DNA of 63,990 nt, the filler included, from an uncultured bacterium (GTDB taxonomy: Bacteria; CAYSBA01), in assembly GCA_964429075.1 (NCBI GenBank). It is 16 parts of 16 records of this genome, joined end to end, with 100 filler letters (N's around TTAATTAATTAA, not from the genome) between each part and the next. Parts side by side here need not be neighbours in the genome. Positions count along the whole stretch, not along the records: positions 60,955 to 63,990 come from CAYSBA010000233.1; 15 more parts are not named here. One strand, given 5' to 3'. A program made the position numbers and the translations under genes. Below the pieces are notes generated by a model. That model had not been told where the DNA came from. It made no database searches and saw only the letters and a program-made list of their open reading frames with translations. This document shows, piece by piece, positions 62,102-63,990 of the stretch. Numbering within the stretch: position 1 is the stretch's first letter; each line of letters opens with the position of its first letter.

Positions 62102-62455
62102 ATGATAAATTTTAAGTTTAATCCGTCTTTTCTTACCATTGCTTTTGGCCTATTGTTAATTTTTACGGTGCTACACATTATCTTTGCACAGGTAAAGTCA
62201 CCACCCACCAACAACCAGAACCCAACACCCATGGTTCAAACATCACCTGCAAAGAATCCACAGTTAGAAAACACACCTGCTATTATGAACAGTGCAACAG
62301 ATGGCTGTAAATCAGACACCCTGAAGATAATGGCCTTAGACTCACAGACCTTTGTAACTGTAAAGGATCAGGGTGAAGATGAAGTCATCTTTGTCTTTAA
62401 ACTTGATGAGCAGGGCAGGTTAAGCCTTGTAAGCAAAAAGAAGTTCTTCTATTGA
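62102..62455 (+). CDS. Exported hypothetical protein
   Basis: GGAGG RBS, signal/TM segment, Pro/Thr/Asn linker, short beta-rich C-terminus. Confidence 0.65.
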   Translation: MINFKFNPSFLTIAFGLLLIFTVLHIIFAQVKSPPTNNQNPTPMVQTSPAKNPQLENTPAIMNSATDGCKSDTLKIMALDSQTFVTVKDQGEDEVIFVFKLDEQGRLSLVSKKKFFY

Positions 62456-63810
62456 TAGAAAGGTACGATTCAGCAGACACAATCTGTGCAGTTGCTACCT
62501 CCCCGGGTAGTGTTATTGGAATAATTCGTATCTCAGGTCCAAAGGTCAGCAGACTATACCGAGAGATTTTAAATAAAAATCCACAGCACCTTAGGGCCAT
62601 CATTCAGACAATATACGATGCAAAAAAGAGACCCATAGACAGAACCGTAAACCTCTTTTACAGGGCCCCACACTCCTACACCGGAGAGGATCAGTGGGAG
62701 ATCTTCTGTCATGGTGGAAGGATAATCATAGAAAAGTTGATAGAACTTTTAAGATCAAAAGGGGTAAGACTTGCAAGGGCAGGTGAATTCACTAAGCGGG
62801 CTGTACTGAATGGGAAGATGAGTCTGCTTGAGGCAGAGTCTGTCCAGAGTCTTGTTCTTGCTGAAGATGAGGAATTCTTAAAGGTGGCATCTTCGATACA
62901 CTTTGGAATGTTCGAAAGCTGGCTAAAAGATATAATAGATAAATTAATAGATATAAAGACAGCTATTGAGTATATATGCGATTTTCCAGATGAAGATGAC
63001 ATGCCAGAAAATACAGAAAGGATCTGTACCCTGTTCGATATAATTATAAAGAAGCTCAATAATTCACTTATTGGATCAAAGTCATTTCTTGAAACAAAAA
63101 AAGAGAGAATGATTGCCCTAATCGGGAGGCCAAATGCAGGTAAATCGTCTATTATGAATGCCCTTCTTGGTTACGAGAGGGTTGGTGTATCCAATCAGCC
63201 AGGGACAACGAGAGATTTTGTAAAAGAGGTCTTTGTTGTTGGTAAAAAAAGGGTGGAGCTGGTTGATACAGCAGGTATCTCTGATGATAAAAAGTGGCAG
63301 AGATTTACTCAAAAGATACTGGATTCCTGTGACAGGATAGTGCTGGTTGTTGATGCATCAAAAGGATTGGATAAAGAGGATAAAGCGATTTTGAGAAGGT
63401 ACAACAACAAATTGTTATGTCTGGTATTTAATAAAAAGGATCTATTAAAAAAAAGAGCGGATGTTGAATTATTAAAAAAGGAGTTTGACATCTATAAAAA
63501 AAGGATACTCATCCTATCCGCAAAGACAAAAGAGGGTATATCTGAACTTAAAGAAGTGATTGAAAAAGATCTAAGGTCTGTTGAGTTCAATGATAATATA
63601 TTTATCACCTGTATACATAGACATATAGAGTGCCTTGAACTTGCCATTAAAGAGCTGAAGATGGCCTACAGTTTTTTTAAAGATGATATTTTTGAAACTT
63701 CATCAGAACACCTCAATTCAACTATTAAACTACTTAAGGAGATAATTGGAGAAGATGTTTCAGAGGATTATTTAGACAGGATATTTAAAAGATTCTGTGT
63801 GGGGAAGTGA
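62452..63810 (+). CDS. mnmE: tRNA modification GTPase MnmE
   Basis: DTICAVAT, SYTGED, GEFTKRA, GRPNAGKSS, GTTRD, DTAG, NKKD, FCVGK. Confidence 0.92.
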   Translation: MIERYDSADTICAVATSPGSVIGIIRISGPKVSRLYREILNKNPQHLRAIIQTIYDAKKRPIDRTVNLFYRAPHSYTGEDQWEIFCHGGRIIIEKLIELLRSKGVRLARAGEFTKRAVLNGKMSLLEAESVQSLVLAEDEEFLKVASSIHFGMFESWLKDIIDKLIDIKTAIEYICDFPDEDDMPENTERICTLFDIIIKKLNNSLIGSKSFLETKKERMIALIGRPNAGKSSIMNALLGYERVGVSNQPGTTRDFVKEVFVVGKKRVELVDTAGISDDKKWQRFTQKILDSCDRIVLVVDASKGLDKEDKAILRRYNNKLLCLVFNKKDLLKKRADVELLKKEFDIYKKRILILSAKTKEGISELKEVIEKDLRSVEFNDNIFITCIHRHIECLELAIKELKMAYSFFKDDIFETSSEHLNSTIKLLKEIIGEDVSEDYLDRIFKRFCVGK

Positions 63811-63990
63811 CTAACTCATCCAGACAAGCTCTAACAGTGCAAGACCAAAAAGGATCTGTAGCCAGTAACTCGAAAGTGCAAGGACATGATAGAGATTAAG
63901 TTTTTTGCTGGTCTGTTCTGATTCAATCTCCCTTTTTATCCTTGGTGTTATCAGAACCACAATTATGGAGTGTGCCAGAACTATAAGGAT
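63811..63990 (-). CDS. 3' end of a membrane protein (cut by the window end)
   Basis: Open frame ILIVLAHS...LELVWMS* converging on mnmE. Confidence 0.5.
   Translation of the reverse strand: MLIVLAHSIIVVLITPRIKREIESEQTSKKLNLYHVLALSSYWLQILFGLALLELVWMS

Overview
This window is not one locus. It is 16 short contigs (about 4.1 kb falling to 3.8 kb, sorted by length; the last is cut by the window end) joined by artificial 100-nt N44-TTAATTAATTAA-N44 linkers, as in a concatenated metagenome bin. Neighbourhood only means something within a contig. Contigs: 1-4112, 4213-8322, 8423-12528, 12629-16719, 16820-20883, 20984-25034, 25135-29096, 29197-33147, 33248-37185, 37286-41186, 41287-45164, 45265-49112, 49213-53032, 53133-56949, 57050-60854, 60955-63990. 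Most contigs look like an AT-rich (roughly 35-40% GC by eye) delta-proteobacterial, Myxococcota-like diderm. They carry pilB, napAB, housekeeping genes (pyrF, bioB, smpB, panC, tsaE, rpsA, rodA, leuB, glpK, yidC, mnmE), arsR-arsC-acr3, a cusCBA-type efflux system, a 4-hydroxybenzoyl-CoA-reductase-like molybdoenzyme and two tRNA(CAT) genes. The dnaK-dnaJ contig (49213-53032) looks like a Patescibacteria (CPR) sequence binned with them. The best candidate for an undescribed system is contig 53133-56949. This tightly packed operon has two MopE-repeat proteins with MYXO-CTERM tails, one starting with a stand-alone DVITGAT flavinylation-type motif. They are followed by a CX4CH lipoprotein, a CxxCH Reeler-like MYXO-CTERM protein and the DUF4266-DUF3570 pair. 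My inference is a cell-surface flavin/heme redox or metal-acquisition module. All family calls come from motif recognition by eye, with no database searches.
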